Assembly (NCBI GenBank): GCA_028534125.1
Contig: CM052832.1
Span: 21,578,001 to 21,642,000 of the forward strand
Length of the DNA stretch: 64,000 nucleotides
Reading direction: 5' to 3'
From: Lama glama
Lineage: Eukaryota
Each line of letters opens with the position of its first letter. Position 1 is the first letter of the stretch. The notes under the pieces are model-generated. The model was not told where the DNA came from. It worked only from the letters and a program-made list of their open reading frames with translations, and made no database searches. The position numbers and the translations under genes are program-made. Below are positions 62,201 to 64,000 of the stretch, in pieces.

Positions 62201-64000
62201 ACTTCAACCATAAAGAAAATTAATTAAAAAGCCTTCACCTCCGCTGTTTGTGCAACATGGCACGACAAATACCGCTGCATCAGTGGTTGGAGGGCCTGCA
62301 GCTTCAGGTAAGATCCTATAGCTTGGATTTCAGTCTTAAATGCTGTCGGTTGTTTTTTTTTACAGATTGGATTTTTTGAGGAAATAGATCAGGAAATGTC
62401 TTGTGTCCCTAAATTTGTAACATGAATATTCGAGAAGCCTCACACTGCTGGAGAATAAATAAATGAGACTTTTGTTTGTTAAAGGCTCATTACAAAAAAC
62501 GGACTTCAAAGGCTTCAGAGGAAACAAGAGGTAAATGAAAAGGGCCACATGTACACAGAAGCTAAAAAACAGAAGAACAGAGCACCAGACGCACAACTTT
62601 GAGTGAGAGCCACTGTCTAAATGAGCGTGATGCATAAAACAGTGGTAGTGTTAGACCCTCGTTCTAAGAATGACAATACTGCATTAAATTTTGATTAAAA
62701 ACTGGACAGAACAATTTTGTGCGGATCAGTTATCCAGACTAGGGGTTCTATAGAAACCTCTGAAACTTGGATGTTTCCAATAAGCACGAATCTAATGTGG
62801 CATAAAGCTATGCTAGTTTTTTTTATAGGGGAAAGTAAACACGTAGAGCAGAAGTCTGCTTATAATTTTCCATTTATTTCTAAATGCCCATCATAGTTGG
62901 AAATGACTCCCTGGATGGATGGACTTCCCTGAGGACAGGAAAACTTACCCACTGAGGAGCAGAGTTAGGTCAGAGAGTTCTCACAGGAGTGAGGCTCCAC
63001 TGTTTCTCACAAGCAACAGAATGGACTGGATGAGACATACAATTCTTTGGTGCTGATGAACTGTCTAAAACTATATATAGCCCAGAGTTAATTTTTAAAA
63101 CATCACCTGGAGATGCTAACTGTCTTAACTTCTATTCTACAATTCCAGTGATTCACAGCACTTGAAACTGAAATTGTGGATGGATGGGTGAGACGGGGTG
63201 TCTTCTCCAGGCATCTCTAATTTCCTCTTTCTGGGATCTCCAGTATTTCCAACCCTGGAGCCCTGGGTAGATTACTTGGCTCTGGAGTCTTCCAGACAGT
63301 TGGGATAGTTCTAGAAAAGCCACATGGATGCCTCAGGGTAGTTCAGAAACCAAAGAAATAACAATGAGCTTAGCGCTGTTTTCTCAAATCCTTTGATGTG
63401 ATCATCTTTTGACCCCTATTTAGCTCATGGATGCTGTTGAAACTGTTCAAGATGCAACAGATTTAAAAGGTCCAACTCTGGAGTAACACAAAAGGCTAGA
63501 CCTTGTTGAGAAGTCATTGCCTAGTTAAGCAGTCGCAGTAATTCCCCCAAACAACTGAGTCAGCACTCACCCAAACGGAGGTGGAGAAGTGTTGATTCCT
63601 TAATCTCCTTGAATCACATCAGTGTAACTTTTGGAAAGTGTTCTAGTCTACTCTGCATAACAGGATGCATGCCTACACTCGGAAAAATCTTGTGCAACAG
63701 CTATGAACTGTGTGCACCATCTGCTACTGCTCTAGTAAGCAAGAGGCAAGAAACTTCACAGGTGTAAGTATTTATTTGCAGTTTTGAAAACATGCCATTT
63801 ACCAGTGCCAGCGTGCCCAAAAGGTCTCTCTTCCATGACACAAGTTTACCTATAACAAGCTAGAAATAAATGCAAAGGAGGGACAGGCCAATGAGAGACA
63901 TCCAACATAAACATTCTTACTCTTCAGCCTTGCCCTCAGTTCTGTTCAAGATCAGGAAGTATTAGAGATGAGAGAGATCCATCATTATTCTGTTTTCTAC

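Larger units (their letters stand above)
26133..64000 (-). other. CDKAL1: 3' part of a long CDKAL1 intron (>37.8 kb, phase 2); upstream exon not seen in the window
   Basis: Acceptor at 26134-26133. I found no sequence encoding the expected preceding peptide (recalled as ending ...VVDFLKEK) by eye or in the ORF track. The two N gaps sit in repeats. Confidence 0.8.

Noticed and set aside
1..64000. CRISPR array, operon or other novel multi-gene system
   Set aside because: Eukaryotic intronic DNA: no regularly spaced repeat-spacer array and no long intact ORFs beyond the two CDKAL1 exons.

Overview
Mammalian genomic DNA, most likely camelid (alpaca/camel-type tRNA-derived SINE and L1 tails; no Alu, Bov-A/BovB or PRE1-type SINEs recognised). 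The whole window lies inside CDKAL1 (tRNA-Lys(UUU) ms2t6A methylthiotransferase, radical-SAM MTTase family), transcribed on the minus strand. Two coding exons are present: 181 nt at 26132..25952 ([18 protein letters not shown]...PAQV) and 63 nt at 292..230 (KKQRTKDLSRVFHSYNPYDHK), joined in frame across a 25,659-bp GT-AG intron. Everything else is intronic: old and young L1s, L2, MIR, hAT and Tigger MITEs, MaLR and ERV LTRs, two SINEs, two N gaps and repeat-poor enhancer-like stretches. I see no evidence of a new multi-gene system. The observations most worth checking are a recursive-splice-site/poison-exon-like motif (~44.3 kb), a 3-nt microexon-like motif (~62.95 kb), a ~1-kb chimeric insertion bounded by a target-site duplication (8.35-9.38 kb), a local templated duplication of an L1/flank junction (19.2 vs 22.5 kb), a twin-primed inverted L1 (36.3-37.1 kb) and a 28-bp palindrome in a motif-dense block (~39 kb). 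Repeat family names come from recalled consensus sequences, not from a database search, and repeat boundaries are approximate unless a TSD is given.
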